A DNA stretch of 64,000 nucleotides from Candidatus Kaiserbacteria bacterium RIFCSPLOWO2_01_FULL_45_25. Its GTDB lineage: Bacteria > Patescibacteriota > Minisyncoccia > Phycocordibacterales > UBA918. The notes under the pieces were generated by a model that saw only the letters and a program-made list of their open reading frames with translations, did no database searches and was not told the origin of the DNA. A program made the translations under genes and the position numbers. Positions within the stretch are counted from its first letter, which is position 1; every line of letters starts with the position of its first letter. Below are positions 17,296 through 27,331 of this stretch, in pieces. Location: contig MFLT01000003.1 of NCBI GenBank assembly GCA_001781415.1, positions 6,672 through 70,671 on the forward strand, in the 5' to 3' direction.

Positions 17296-17340
17296 TCCGC
17301 CCTACGACGCCACACCCGTGGCGTCTTTTCTTTTATTTAA
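17296..17340. terminator. Intrinsic terminator (cassette-style T-run ttttcttttattt), convergent with rarA
   Basis: gacgccacacccgtggcgtc followed by ttttcttttattt. Confidence 0.55.
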
Positions 17341-18466
17341 AATACTTCTTGCCTTTTAGCTTATCTGGCAGGAGTGACGTACCTTCCTCTGGATACATCT
17401 CGTATCCTTCTCCATAACCCTCATCCTTCATGAGTTTGGTCGGCGCATTGCGCAGTGAAAGTGGAATTGGTAAATTACCAAAGTTACGCACATCACGCTC
17501 GGCCGAGCGAAGTGCATCATAGGCTCGCCGATCTTTCTTGGCGGTCGCTAGATACACCACTGCATGTGCGAGATTGATAGTACATTCAGGGTACCCAATA
17601 GTCTCAACTGCCCGAAAGACTTCGTTTGCAATTACGAGCGCCGTCGGCTGCGCCATTCCCACATCCTCACTAGCGAAGATAACAAGACGTCTCGCGATGA
17701 ACTTTGGATCTTCCCCCGCCTCAGTCATACGCGCTAGGTAGTACAGTGCCGCATCGGAATTACTAGCCCGCATACTTTTAATAAACGCACTGATGGTGTT
17801 GTAGTGTTCTTCGCCTTGTTTATCGTAACGAAGAAAAGAATTTTGGAGCGCTTCGGTCAGAGTCGCAACCGTCACTTCAGGATAGAGAGCGGTTGTTGCT
17901 TCAATCAATGTCAAAGCTTGCCTCGCGTCCCCTCCCGCCATTCTAACCAGCCACTCAGTTGCCTCAGCATCTAAAGCCGCGCCACTTCTCTTTATAATTT
18001 CCTGCATCTCTTCTTCACTAAGTGGCTTCAGAGTAAAGACCCGGCAGCGAGACAAGAGCGCACCAATCACTTCAAAGCTAGGGTTCTCAGTGGTAGCCCC
18101 AATCAAAACCAAAGCGCCACTTTCCACAAACGGCAACAAGTAATCCTGTTGGGCTTTATTAAAGCGGTGAATCTCATCCAAAAACAGTACCTTCTGTACC
18201 CCTTCTTCCTCATCTATAATTTTTTTAATATCGGCTTTGCCAGCACTTACCGCTGAAAGTTCATAAAACCGCGCCCCGAGTGAATTAGCATAGATACGCG
18301 CCAAGGTGGTTTTACCTACCCCAGGCGGACCCCAAAGGATGAATGAGAAGAGTAGTTTCTTGGCAATAGCTTCAAACAGCGGCTTGCCGGGAGCCACTAG
18401 ATGTGCCTGTCCGACGTACCCAGCTAGGGTATCTGGGCGTAGTTTGGCTGCTAGAGGTTGTTTCAT
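17333..18466 (-). CDS. rarA: Replication-associated recombination protein A (RarA/MgsA AAA+ ATPase)
   Basis: Walker A ILWGPPGVGKTTLA, Walker B LFLDEIHRFNK, sensor motifs and the C-terminal MgsA helical domain. Confidence 0.85.
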   Translation of the reverse strand: MKQPLAAKLRPDTLAGYVGQAHLVAPGKPLFEAIAKKLLFSFILWGPPGVGKTTLARIYANSLGARFYELSAVSAGKADIKKIIDEEEGVQKVLFLDEIHRFNKAQQDYLLPFVESGALVLIGATTENPSFEVIGALLSRCRVFTLKPLSEEEMQEIIKRSGAALDAEATEWLVRMAGGDARQALTLIEATTALYPEVTVATLTEALQNSFLRYDKQGEEHYNTISAFIKSMRASNSDAALYYLARMTEAGEDPKFIARRLVIFASEDVGMAQPTALVIANEVFRAVETIGYPECTINLAHAVVYLATAKKDRRAYDALRSAERDVRNFGNLPIPLSLRNAPTKLMKDEGYGEGYEMYPEEGTSLLPDKLKGKKYFK

Positions 18467-18608
18467 GTCTTAATCGTACTCCGTAGAGAGACAATCATCA
18501 AATTAGGTTGATTAATATGGTTATAATAGCGCTCTAAATTGACAAATGACTGTTTTTATGTATAATGTACATCAGTAATCCGCCCTTTCAACTTCCAGGA
18601 GAATCTCC

Positions 18609-18818
18609 ATGCACTTGTCTGTCAAAGGCGCCATCGGCTGCGCCATCTTCGCCTTCATCGCCATGGCCATCTGCGGCCTACTACCATTCGTGGTGGACCT
18701 GCCGCTGGCTACCGATTTGCAGCTGGGCGCCTACGCCTTTGGCGCCGGCGTCCTGCTCTGGAGCAGCATTGAGCTGCTCAAGTACCAGTGGCACCAGCCG
18801 ATGTGGAAGGAACACTGA
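18609..18818 (+). CDS. Small membrane protein (GC-rich cassette gene)
   Basis: RBS caggagaatctccATG. Two hydrophobic helices. Confidence 0.4.
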   Translation: MHLSVKGAIGCAIFAFIAMAICGLLPFVVDLPLATDLQLGAYAFGAGVLLWSSIELLKYQWHQPMWKEH

Positions 18819-18825
18819 AAAGCGC

Positions 18826-18875
18826 TCCGACCCAAGACCAAAGACCCACGCTTCGGCTGTGGGTTCTTTTTTATT
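18826..18875 (+). terminator. Cassette-style terminator with a C(UUCG)G loop
   Basis: acccacgcttcggctgtgggttcttttttattt. Confidence 0.6.
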
Positions 18876-19044
18876 TGACACACTCCCCTTCCTTTTGCTA
18901 CCCTAATGACATGACCACACGAAACTTTTTTTGGTTTAGTTTTTATACCGCATCAAGTCGGGTGGTCTAGTTAATGTCCTAAATTTTAGGAAAACGGAAC
19001 CGCCCCACCAGGGCGGTATTTTTTGTTCTTTAAAGGAGTACGCG

Positions 19045-19410
19045 ATGAGCGAAGAAGCAACGACCGAGGATTTGTTTTTGAGCCTATACGGTTTGACCGA
19101 GTGGGAGTTCAACCAGCTTTTGGTCAATTACGAACACTTGAACCAGGAACCAGGTGAACAGGCCTGCGCTCGCCTGCCGTTCAAGACGGTCGACGCCGCT
19201 GAAATCAAAGTCATGTTTGAACTACTCAACGGCAGGCCTCGGGGACAGGCCCTGTTGGCAACCATCCTTGATGTATGCCGCCACAACGCTCACGTGAAGA
19301 GTATTGAGAAGGCAATGCCCTTGGTTCCCAAGATGCGTGCGAGCACAATTGGTGCGTTTTATGCTCAGCACGTACCGCTCGCCGAACAATCCAACGTCGC
19401 CTCGATCTGA
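19045..19410 (+). CDS. Hypothetical protein (GC-rich cassette gene)
   Basis: RBS aaaggagtacgcgATG. Followed by the terminators ccgcgccatgcgcggggctttttt and gcgcagaccgaaggtccgcgctttt. Confidence 0.4.
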   Translation: MSEEATTEDLFLSLYGLTEWEFNQLLVNYEHLNQEPGEQACARLPFKTVDAAEIKVMFELLNGRPRGQALLATILDVCRHNAHVKSIEKAMPLVPKMRASTIGAFYAQHVPLAEQSNVASI

Positions 19411-19524
19411 ACGAACACAAGTTCAGCAGGCACCTTCTGCTCCGCGCCATGCGCGGGGCTTTTTTGTATTATCATAAAAAGCGCAGACCGAAGGTCCGCG
19501 CTTTTCATTTCTTATCTAATTTAT

Positions 19525-22233
19525 TTACGCTACTTGTGTCGTCTCTTTCTTGGCAGCAGCTGGCTTCTCTGTCTTTACCCCTTTGACCTTGGCGCCTTGT
19601 CGCTTCACATCAAAGACAAGTTCACCCTTCTTCATCGAGACCTTCACACTACCTCGTTGAAGCATTCCTTCTCCCACCATCATATTGGCAACTGGAGTGA
19701 GAATCTTACTCTGAATCACTCGCTTGAGTGGACGAGCACCAAACTTTGGATCGTAGCCTTCTTTAGCTAAGTAATCGAGTACCTCATCAGTAACAGAAAG
19801 TTCAATTTCTTTCTTGGCTAGACGCTTCTCAACATCCTCAATTTGAATGTTGACGATACTGCGAATAGTTTCAGCCGATAAGATATCAAAGACGATAATC
19901 TCATCGAGTCGATTGAGGAATTCTGGACGGAAGAATAGTTTTAGACTATCCATCACCTTGTCCTTGGCCTGTACATACTGGGCTGCATCATCACGTTCTG
20001 AAGCAAAGCCGAAGTTAGACATGCGGTCGATATGCTCCGCCCCGATGTTTGAGGTCATCACAATAACAGTGTTGCGGAAGTTTACCTTACGCCCCTTAGC
20101 GTCGGTAAGGTGCCCTGAATCAAGTACTTGAAGCAAGATGTTGAATACCTCTGGATGAGCCTTTTCGATTTCATCGAGTAGAATCACTGAGTATGGACGA
20201 TGACGCACGCGCTCGGTGATAGAGCCTCCCTCTTCGTGTCCGATGTAACCAGGCGGTGAACCAATAATCTTTGAGACTGAGTGCTTCTCCATGTACTCAG
20301 ACATATCGATACGCACCAAGGCATCAGGGTCATTAAACATAAACTCCGTTAAAGCTCGAGATAATTCAGTCTTACCAACTCCGGTTGGTCCAAGGAATAA
20401 GAATGAACCAATTGGTCGGTTCGGGTCTGAGATACCAGCGCGTGAACGCTTGATAGCGTCGGCTACCAGCTTGATGGCATGGGTCTGTCCTACCACCTTT
20501 TCTTGGAGCACTTCTTCCATGCGAGCCAGCTTCATTGCTTCCGCTTCAAGCATGCGGGAGACAGGAATACCAGTCCAGCGTGCTACCACACTCGCAATGT
20601 CTTCTTCGGTCACCTCTTCTTTGAGAAGACGTCGAGTTCGTTGGAGTTTCTTTAGTCGCTTAAGCTTGGTATCTAGTTCACGCTGAGCTGACGGAATAGC
20701 ATCGTAACGAATCTCAGCAGCACGTGTTAAATCAGCCACCGCTTCAGCATTTTCAGCTTCTACCCTAAGTTCATCAAGTTCTTTCTTGAGTGCACTAATT
20801 TCACCAAGCGCAGTGCGTTCGTTGTTCCACTTAGTTTCGATTGCAGACGTGGTCTCACGCAACTCGCCAATTTGGTGTTCAATTTCTTTGATGCGTTCCT
20901 TGATTTTCTTTTTGTTTTCAGAAATTTCTACTTCTTTACGAAGAGCTTCACGCTCAATCTCGAGACGGCGAATTTTACGATCTGAAATCACTAGTTCTTC
21001 TGGCTTGTTCTCCAGCGAGATACGCAGAGCCGAAGCCGCTTCGTCAATAAGGTCCACTGCCTTGTCTGGCAAGAATCTATCAGTGATATATCGTGAAGAT
21101 AAGTTTACAGCGGCCACGATTGCGTCGTCAGTGATACGCACACCATGGAAGAGTTCGTACTTTTCAGATAGTCCACGCAAAATGGCGATAGCGTCATCAG
21201 TGGATGGTTCATTAACAAACACTGGCTGGAAACGTCGAGTGAGAGCTGGGTCTTTTTCGATATGTTTCTGGTACTCCTTGAGAGTAGTAGCACCAATTAC
21301 GCGCATTTCACCACGAGCCAAAGCCGGCTTAAGCATATTTGAAGCGTCCATTGAACCTTCGGCTTGGCCGGCGCCCACAATAGTGTGGAGTTCATCAATA
21401 AATAAAATAATAGAGCCAGCAGAACTTTCAACTTCTTTCATCACCGCTTTGAGACGCTCTTCAAATTCACCACGGAACTTTGTACCAGCCACCAAGAGAC
21501 CGAGGTCAAGCGAGAGAATCTCCTTCTCCTTCACTGACTCTGGTACTTGCCCAAGGACAATTTGTTGTGCCAATCCTTCTGCAATAGCCGTCTTTCCCAC
21601 TCCCGCCTCTCCGATAAGAACTGGGTTGTTCTTAGTACGACGAGACAAAATCTGAATCACTCGTTGAATTTCAACATCACGACCAATAACCGGATCAAGT
21701 TTGTTGTCTTGTGCGAGCTTGGTGAGATTACGTGTGTACTTAGTGAGCGCACGGTACTTCTTTGGTGAATGTACATCAGTCACACTATTTTCACGCACAT
21801 CCTTAATGGTGCGCATTACCTTCTCTTTATCTACACCCGCTCGGATGAGGACATCAGCCGCTGGACCAGGGTGTTCAAGCACCGCCACAAAGAGGTGTTC
21901 TACTCCCACATAAGCATCACCCATCTTCTCAGCAAATTGTCCTGAGAATTCAAGGGCCTTGGCTAGCTCTGGAGTGAGGTAGAGCTGGTACGATGGTGAA
22001 ATCGTGTTTTGCATTTCAGCAACTTCAAGCGCCTCAAGGAGGAGGTCAGTAAAGGCAATAATGTCTATATCGAGTCTATCAAGTACAGAAATAACCGCAC
22101 TCTCGTCTTGCATAGCGAGTGAAGTTAACAGATGAATTGGACTGACGTGGTTCTGACCACGTTCAATCGCTAGTTCATGGGCTTTTCGGATGGCTTCTTT
22201 GGCTTTGGATGTAAAATTTTGAAAGTTAGGCAT
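19525..22233 (-). CDS. clpB: ClpB (Hsp104-class) disaggregase
   Basis: Clp N-domain, two AAA+ modules ([15 protein letters not shown]; [17 protein letters not shown]), a long coiled-coil M-domain between them, 902 aa. Confidence 0.95.
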   Translation of the reverse strand: MPNFQNFTSKAKEAIRKAHELAIERGQNHVSPIHLLTSLAMQDESAVISVLDRLDIDIIAFTDLLLEALEVAEMQNTISPSYQLYLTPELAKALEFSGQFAEKMGDAYVGVEHLFVAVLEHPGPAADVLIRAGVDKEKVMRTIKDVRENSVTDVHSPKKYRALTKYTRNLTKLAQDNKLDPVIGRDVEIQRVIQILSRRTKNNPVLIGEAGVGKTAIAEGLAQQIVLGQVPESVKEKEILSLDLGLLVAGTKFRGEFEERLKAVMKEVESSAGSIILFIDELHTIVGAGQAEGSMDASNMLKPALARGEMRVIGATTLKEYQKHIEKDPALTRRFQPVFVNEPSTDDAIAILRGLSEKYELFHGVRITDDAIVAAVNLSSRYITDRFLPDKAVDLIDEAASALRISLENKPEELVISDRKIRRLEIEREALRKEVEISENKKKIKERIKEIEHQIGELRETTSAIETKWNNERTALGEISALKKELDELRVEAENAEAVADLTRAAEIRYDAIPSAQRELDTKLKRLKKLQRTRRLLKEEVTEEDIASVVARWTGIPVSRMLEAEAMKLARMEEVLQEKVVGQTHAIKLVADAIKRSRAGISDPNRPIGSFLFLGPTGVGKTELSRALTEFMFNDPDALVRIDMSEYMEKHSVSKIIGSPPGYIGHEEGGSITERVRHRPYSVILLDEIEKAHPEVFNILLQVLDSGHLTDAKGRKVNFRNTVIVMTSNIGAEHIDRMSNFGFASERDDAAQYVQAKDKVMDSLKLFFRPEFLNRLDEIIVFDILSAETIRSIVNIQIEDVEKRLAKKEIELSVTDEVLDYLAKEGYDPKFGARPLKRVIQSKILTPVANMMVGEGMLQRGSVKVSMKKGELVFDVKRQGAKVKGVKTEKPAAAKKETTQVA

Positions 22234-22344
22234 AGGAAGTATTGATTATACGACACGTAATTGCGTAAACAGAAAAACAGATGTTGCTAAGCGTACGGTC
22301 ACTCTTTAGTACGTGTGTAGTTACTCTATATTGCAACGAAAAGA

Positions 22345-23577
22345 CTACCTAGTCAACTCATTCATTTTGGCTTTGAAGCGAAGGAGAATTTCAACCACAT
22401 ACTTGGCGTCAGCGAGTGTGGTATCAGTAGATAGAGATAGTCTAATAGTAGACTTGGCACGTTCACTATTTCCAGTCATGGTAGACACAACCGTACTCTC
22501 TCCTCCCCCAGCACCAGCACAAGCACTCTTAGTACTAGCGGCAATTCCCTGTGCATCGAGGTACACCACGGCGTATTCGGTATCAAGTTTTGGTAATGAG
22601 ATATTTATATTGTTAGCAAGTCTCTCTTCCCCTTGTGGACCATTGAGTAGCACTTCTGGCAGAGCCTCAGTTAAGAGGTCGATGAATGAATCGCGGAGCT
22701 TACTCACACTAACGGCTCGCTCTTGGTAATCAGCTTGGGCAAGCGTGAGTGCAGTGGCGGCACCAACGATATTAGCGACATTCTCAGTACCCGGGCGCAG
22801 ACCCTGTTCTTGTCCTCCACCATAAAGAATTGGCAACAGTGGTACATTGCCACGGAGTACCAGCATACCAACCCCTTTTGGTCCGTTACATTTTCCAACA
22901 TCAAGGGACATCATGTCGACACCAAGCGGTGTAAGTGAACACGGAAGCCAAAGTGGTGCTTGAGCCGCATCAATATGAATCACTATTCTGCGACCATGAG
23001 TGTGCGTCTTTTCAAATTGCCGAACCGTACGCACCAAACGTGACACATTCTGTACTACCCCCACCTCACTATTGGCATACGCAAAAGTAACGAGCACCGT
23101 CTTTGGACTCAAGACCTTCTCTAGAGCGGCAACCGTTATCTTGCCTTCACCATCTACTTCAACAAACCGTACGGTGACTCCAGTCGCCTCAATCACTGGC
23201 ACAAGACTCATAATTGAAGGATGCTCAATGCGAGTAGTGATGACTTCCATATCACTGTAAGCAATTCCTTCCTTACGGGCGAGATATTTTAGACGGCCGA
23301 GGATAGCAAGATTATTACTCTCAGTACCACCAGAGGTAAAAAGCACCCCTTCCGGGCGAATACCAAGAGTAGTTGCAACTTTCTGCCGAGATGACTCCAC
23401 AGCAGAGCGAGCGGCGATGCCTTCCGCGTGGATAGCGCTCGGGTTTCCAAACTCAGTTTCCAAATACGGCAGCATAGCGGCACGAACCTCCTTCCGGAGT
23501 GGCGTGGCCGCCGCGGTGTCCAGATAAATGCGGCGCTTTTTACGAATTAGACTAAACATCTCAAAATCATGACACAA
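22345..23577 (-). CDS. Cysteine desulfurase (class V aminotransferase; NifS/IscS-like)
   Basis: LDTAAATP...FTSGGTESNN...HIDAAQA. The PLP-lysine context SLDVGKCNGPKGVG may be SufS/NifS-like. Confidence 0.85.
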   Translation of the reverse strand: MCHDFEMFSLIRKKRRIYLDTAAATPLRKEVRAAMLPYLETEFGNPSAIHAEGIAARSAVESSRQKVATTLGIRPEGVLFTSGGTESNNLAILGRLKYLARKEGIAYSDMEVITTRIEHPSIMSLVPVIEATGVTVRFVEVDGEGKITVAALEKVLSPKTVLVTFAYANSEVGVVQNVSRLVRTVRQFEKTHTHGRRIVIHIDAAQAPLWLPCSLTPLGVDMMSLDVGKCNGPKGVGMLVLRGNVPLLPILYGGGQEQGLRPGTENVANIVGAATALTLAQADYQERAVSVSKLRDSFIDLLTEALPEVLLNGPQGEERLANNINISLPKLDTEYAVVYLDAQGIAASTKSACAGAGGGESTVVSTMTGNSERAKSTIRLSLSTDTTLADAKYVVEILLRFKAKMNELTR

Positions 23578-23626
23578 GGTGTAAATTATGTAAATCTTTG
23601 CTATACTGCCCGCACTTAATTATTAA

Positions 23627-23722
23627 ATGAACAAACGAGCACGCCAGTGCGACTATTGTGAATTTATACCGTTGCCTCGGCAGATTCGACCCCGCAGGGA
23701 GAATATGCTGGCGGCAATCGGT
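23627..23722 (+). repeat. Dispersed stem-loop element, family R, copy a (in the infB 5' leader)
   Basis: tgaacaaacgagcacgccagtgcgactattgtgaattta...cggcagattcgaccccgcagggagaatatgctggcgg. Confidence 0.55.
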
Positions 23723-23752
23723 AAGTGTTAATCTAAAATTTATTACAAATAT

Positions 23753-25252
23753 ATGTCAAAAAAGACCCAAACCAAAGAAAATATCGTAAAGCGCCCTCCA
23801 ATCGTAGTGGTTATGGGTCATATTGACCATGGAAAATCAACTCTCCTTGATTACATCCGTAAGAGCAATAGTGTGGACAGTGAAGCTGGTGGAATCACTC
23901 AGCATCTCTCAGCCTATGTGGTTACCCACACCACCAAAGAAAAGGCAGTAGAACAAATCACCTTCCTCGACACCCCTGGACACGAGGCCTTTCAAAAAAT
24001 GCGTTTGCGTGGCGCAGACATCGCTGATGTGGCTATTTTGGTAGTATCTGCTGAAGACGGCGTAAAGCCACAAACCCTTGAAGCCCTCGCTTCAATCAAG
24101 CAAGCGAACATCCCATACATTGTCGCTATCAACAAAATCGATAAACCGGGCGCAGACATCATGCGTACTCAAACCAGTCTCATTGAAAATGAGATCTATG
24201 TTGAAGGTATGGGTGGAGACATTCCCTGGGTCGGTATCTCAGCCAAAACTGGCGAAGGTATTCCAGACCTCCTAGATATTGTGGTACTCGCTGCAGACAT
24301 CGCTGAACTCAAGGCAGACACTAACGCACCAGCCATTGGACAAATCATCGAAGGTAAGATGGATCCAAAGCGTGGCAATACCGCTACTCTCATTGTAAAG
24401 GATGGAACCCTCAAGAAAGGCAGCTTTGTGGTATCAGGACACTCATACACACCAGTGCGTATCATGGAAGATTTTAATGGTAAGCCAGTTAGTGAGGCTG
24501 GACCAGCGACCCCAGTTGGAATTGCTGGCTTTGGTGAAATCCCAGCCGTTGGTGCCGCTTTTTATACAGTCGCTACCAAGAAAGAAGCAGAAGCTGCTAT
24601 TGAAGCTAGTCGTCCGGTCCTCCAGGACCAGAAGCGAGTCATGCAGACCCTCCCTATTATTCCAATTCTCATCAAAGCTGATGTACTTGGCACAATTGAA
24701 GCCATTGAACATGAGCTTAGTAAATTCTCTTCTGACCGTATCATCGTTCGAGTAATCGGTACGGGTGTCGGAGACATTACTTCAAACGACATCCAAAACG
24801 TTAGTGCCACTAAAGAAGCAATTGTGGTTGGTTTTAACGTAAAGGTAGAACGCCAAGCGGCTGACCTGGCTGAACGTCTCGGTGTAGAAATTGATACTTT
24901 TGATATTATCTACGAACTTTCAGACTGGCTAAACACCGCGCTCAAAAACCGTACTCCACGTATGGAAGAAATGAAGACTACCGGTAAGGTAAAAGTACTA
25001 AAATACTTCAGTTCACAAAAACACCTCCATGTTCTTGGCGCTCGTGTTGAAGAAGGTCACATCAAGATGAATCAGCGAGTAAAAATCACCCGCCGTGATG
25101 TAGAAATTGGTAAAGGTGTTATTAAGAACCTCCAACAATACAAATCAGATGTACAGCAGGTTGAGGAGGGTGAATTTGGTCTCCAGCTTGATACCAAGTA
25201 CGAAGTAGCCCCAGGTGACCACCTAGAGCCTTACGATATTGTTGTTACCTAA
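23753..25252 (+). CDS. infB: Translation initiation factor IF-2 (short form starting at the G domain)
   Basis: G motifs GHIDHGKST, DTPGHEAF, NKIDK, followed by the IF-2 domains II-IV. Confidence 0.9.
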   Translation: MSKKTQTKENIVKRPPIVVVMGHIDHGKSTLLDYIRKSNSVDSEAGGITQHLSAYVVTHTTKEKAVEQITFLDTPGHEAFQKMRLRGADIADVAILVVSAEDGVKPQTLEALASIKQANIPYIVAINKIDKPGADIMRTQTSLIENEIYVEGMGGDIPWVGISAKTGEGIPDLLDIVVLAADIAELKADTNAPAIGQIIEGKMDPKRGNTATLIVKDGTLKKGSFVVSGHSYTPVRIMEDFNGKPVSEAGPATPVGIAGFGEIPAVGAAFYTVATKKEAEAAIEASRPVLQDQKRVMQTLPIIPILIKADVLGTIEAIEHELSKFSSDRIIVRVIGTGVGDITSNDIQNVSATKEAIVVGFNVKVERQAADLAERLGVEIDTFDIIYELSDWLNTALKNRTPRMEEMKTTGKVKVLKYFSSQKHLHVLGARVEEGHIKMNQRVKITRRDVEIGKGVIKNLQQYKSDVQQVEEGEFGLQLDTKYEVAPGDHLEPYDIVVT

Positions 25253-25261
25253 TTATTTTAT

Positions 25262-25600
25262 ATGTCTACTGGTCGTCATTTACGAGTTGAATCACTTATT
25301 CGCGAATTAGTCGCGGGGTTTATTCAGCATGAAGCCAATACAGACCCGCTCATCACAGTTACTCACGTCACCACTTCACCTGACTACCGCCGTATCACTG
25401 TTTTTTTTACCACCATGCCTGAAGGAAAAGAGAAAGAAGCAGCAGCCCTTGCTTTCCTCATGCGTAGTGGTGGTGAGCTTCGTGGCTACATCAAGAAGAA
25501 GAGTAACCTCAAAATCATCCCATTTATCGAGTTTGCAGTAGACTATGGCGAACGTCATCGTCAGCACATCGATGAGATCGCTCGCGAGATTGATAAATAA
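25262..25600 (+). CDS. rbfA: Ribosome-binding factor A
   Basis: RVESLIRELVAGFI...ITVTHVTTSPDYRRITVFFT is the typical RbfA KH-like fold sequence. It lies immediately after infB. Confidence 0.85.
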   Translation: MSTGRHLRVESLIRELVAGFIQHEANTDPLITVTHVTTSPDYRRITVFFTTMPEGKEKEAAALAFLMRSGGELRGYIKKKSNLKIIPFIEFAVDYGERHRQHIDEIAREIDK

Positions 25601-25628
25601 TAAAAAAGCTGCTCAACTGAGCAGCTTT

Positions 25629-25701
25629 TTCTATATTGAGACCAGAGCGGGAGTCGAACCCGCGCGTGGCGGTTTTGCAAACCGCAGCGTTAACCACTTC
25701 G
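25629..25701 (-). tRNA. tRNA-Cys(GCA)
   Basis: Reverse complement: gaccagatggcgaagtggttaacgctgcggtttGCAaaaccgc...gggttcgactcccgctctggtct. No downstream repeat element; it shares the rbfA terminator. Confidence 0.8.
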
Positions 25702-25952
25702 CCATCTGGTCAAATTGGTGCCTTACACTGTATCACCCTTCCCTTTGTTTATAAACCCCAGACATAATGATAAAGTACGCCAAAATGCGAGCTCTGCGGC
25801 TGGGCAGAGGTGTCGAAAGATGGTAGAATCCCAGTCGAACTCGATCATATAAACGGTAATCACCGTGATAATCGGCTAGAAAATTTAAGAGTTCTCTGCC
25901 CAAATTGTCATAGTCTGCAGCCGACGCATCGAGGAAAAAATCAAAAGAAACC

Positions 25953-26036
25953 GCCGGGGTGGCGAAATCGGTAGACGCGCAACACTTAAAATGTTGTAGG
26001 CGAAAGCCTATATGGGTTCAAGTCCCATTCTCGGCA
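25953..26036 (+). tRNA. tRNA-Leu(TAA)
   Basis: Acceptor gccgggg/tctcggc (G-U pairs), anticodon loop cuUAAaa, long variable arm, T-arm atgggttcaagtcccat. Confidence 0.8.
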
Positions 26037-26250
26037 CAAACAAAAATCATCAGCTTTGGCTGATGATTTTTGTTTGTGCCGAGAAAGAAAGCAAACTACT
26101 TTGCTTTCGGTGGGACTTGAAGCTCCGGACGATATGCTCTGCTCTGTGAAGAGCAGAGCATAAGGAGGAGCCGACCAAGAACGCGAGACTGTTTTATGAG
26201 TAAAGCGAAATAAAAGAGCCGCGATTCTGGGTCAAGTCCCCCACCCCATA
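26037..26250 (+). repeat. tRNA-linked composite repeat element, copy D (second core variant)
   Basis: Terminator palindrome acaaaaatcatcagc..gctgatgatttttgt, then inverted 3' end ttgtgccgaga, a second palindrome and an inverted T-arm ggtgggacttgaagc. Core variant tccggacgatatgctctgctctgtgaagagcagagcataaggaggagccgaccaagaacgcgagact...atgagtaaagcgaaataa...gccgcgattc, followed by a direct T-arm copy tgggtcaagtccccc. Confidence 0.55.
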
Positions 26251-26318
26251 ATTTGACATTTTGCGCATACATTGTATTATTTAGGGAGATTGCCCCTTCA
26301 ACAACCGGAGACTCTACC

Positions 26319-26735
26319 ATGAACGACATCATCTTTTTGGTTCTCGATCATGGAATCGGGAAGCAAATGACCTTGCAAATGGTTCAGGAAATGCGCAAGA
26401 AAGTAGCCTATGCGCTACTTGTGCACTATGAGGTTTTCGACCAGTCCGAAGGCCACTACCGGCCACTGACCTCACGTGAGCAAGTACGCCTCCTCCCCGA
26501 GGACAACCTGCTACGTATTGCTCGCCAAGACGAGCATCCGGAACAACTGCCCGGCGAAATTTATCTTGGCTCCTTTGAGCCGAGTGAAATCAAAAGTCTT
26601 TTTGTACTCACCTCCTGGCAGCCACGTACCGGCGACAAAGCCTATGCGAAGTCGGGAAAGGTCCTTTACGACCACCGACCGGTGTTTGCCAAAGCGTCGG
26701 ACATCTTCATGATGACCGAGAAAATTTCGGCCTAA
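26319..26735 (+). CDS. Hypothetical protein (GC-rich; start at MNDIIF, not the ORF-track 26253)
   Basis: RBS ggagactctaccATG. Followed by the cassette-style terminator cagccccacaaatgtggggctgtttcttttcc. Confidence 0.45.
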   Translation: MNDIIFLVLDHGIGKQMTLQMVQEMRKKVAYALLVHYEVFDQSEGHYRPLTSREQVRLLPEDNLLRIARQDEHPEQLPGEIYLGSFEPSEIKSLFVLTSWQPRTGDKAYAKSGKVLYDHRPVFAKASDIFMMTEKISA

Positions 26736-26854
26736 AAAGCCGTCAAATGAAGCCGATGCGCCGACAACAGCCCCACAAATGTGGGGCTGTTTCTTTTCCT
26801 TCTTGTATATTATAAACATTTGTTGTACACTTCTTGCCACATCCGCCCTCTTAG

Positions 26855-26927
26855 CTCAGCTGGTAGAGCAGCTCCCTCTTAAGGAGAAGGTCCAAGGTTC
26901 GATCCCTTGAGGGGGCACATACGTAAA
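26855..26927 (+). tRNA. tRNA-Lys(CTT)
   Basis: Acceptor gccctct/agggggc, anticodon loop cuCUUaa, T-arm caaggttcgatcccttg. Confidence 0.75.
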
Positions 26928-27190
26928 GCAAAACACCCTATCCACATGGATAGGGTGTTTTGCTTTAGCATCTGCCCTGCGGCAGATGCGTGCGTATGTG
27001 CCGACCGCAGCGATGCCGGAGGCGAGCGAGGTGGGGTCGAGAGTACTTAGCAGAATCTGAGCTTGTGAAAGATTATGCTTAGATAAAACTTTCTGGGAGA
27101 TAGTTTTATCGTGACCACAAAAGGAGATACCCCTTGAAGGCAAGACTAACAATTATACTTAGTGATTCGTGACCACACGTGCCCCCAACA
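26928..27190 (+). repeat. tRNA-linked composite repeat element, copy E
   Basis: Palindrome aaagcaaaacaccctatcca..tggatagggtgttttgcttt, then inverted 3' end tgcgtatgtgcc. Core ccgcagcgatgccggaggcgagcgaggtggggtcgagagtacttagcagaatctgagcttgtgaaagattatgcttag, with an inserted 28-nt palindrome ataaaactttctgggagatagttttatc. A second end follows: tacttagtgattcgtgacca|cacgtgccccc. Confidence 0.6.
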
Positions 27191-27249
27191 GTTAAATACC
27201 CGTATCTCTCGCCATATTTATATTTTATGCTATACTCTTCCCCACACCT

Positions 27250-27331
27250 GCGCGGGTGGCGAAATTGGTAGACGCGTTAGTCTTAGGAACTAATAGGGTA
27301 ACCTGTGGAGGTTCAAGTCCTCTCCCGCGCA
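27250..27331 (+). tRNA. tRNA-Leu(TAG)
   Basis: Acceptor gcgcggg/cccgcgc, anticodon loop cuUAGga, long variable arm, T-arm gaggttcaagtcctctc. Confidence 0.8.

Noticed and set aside
20786-21655. 289-aa plus-strand ORF (and several others) inside clpB
   Set aside because: Antisense to a high-confidence ClpB CDS. Ser/Arg-rich low-complexity translation typical of spurious antisense frames.
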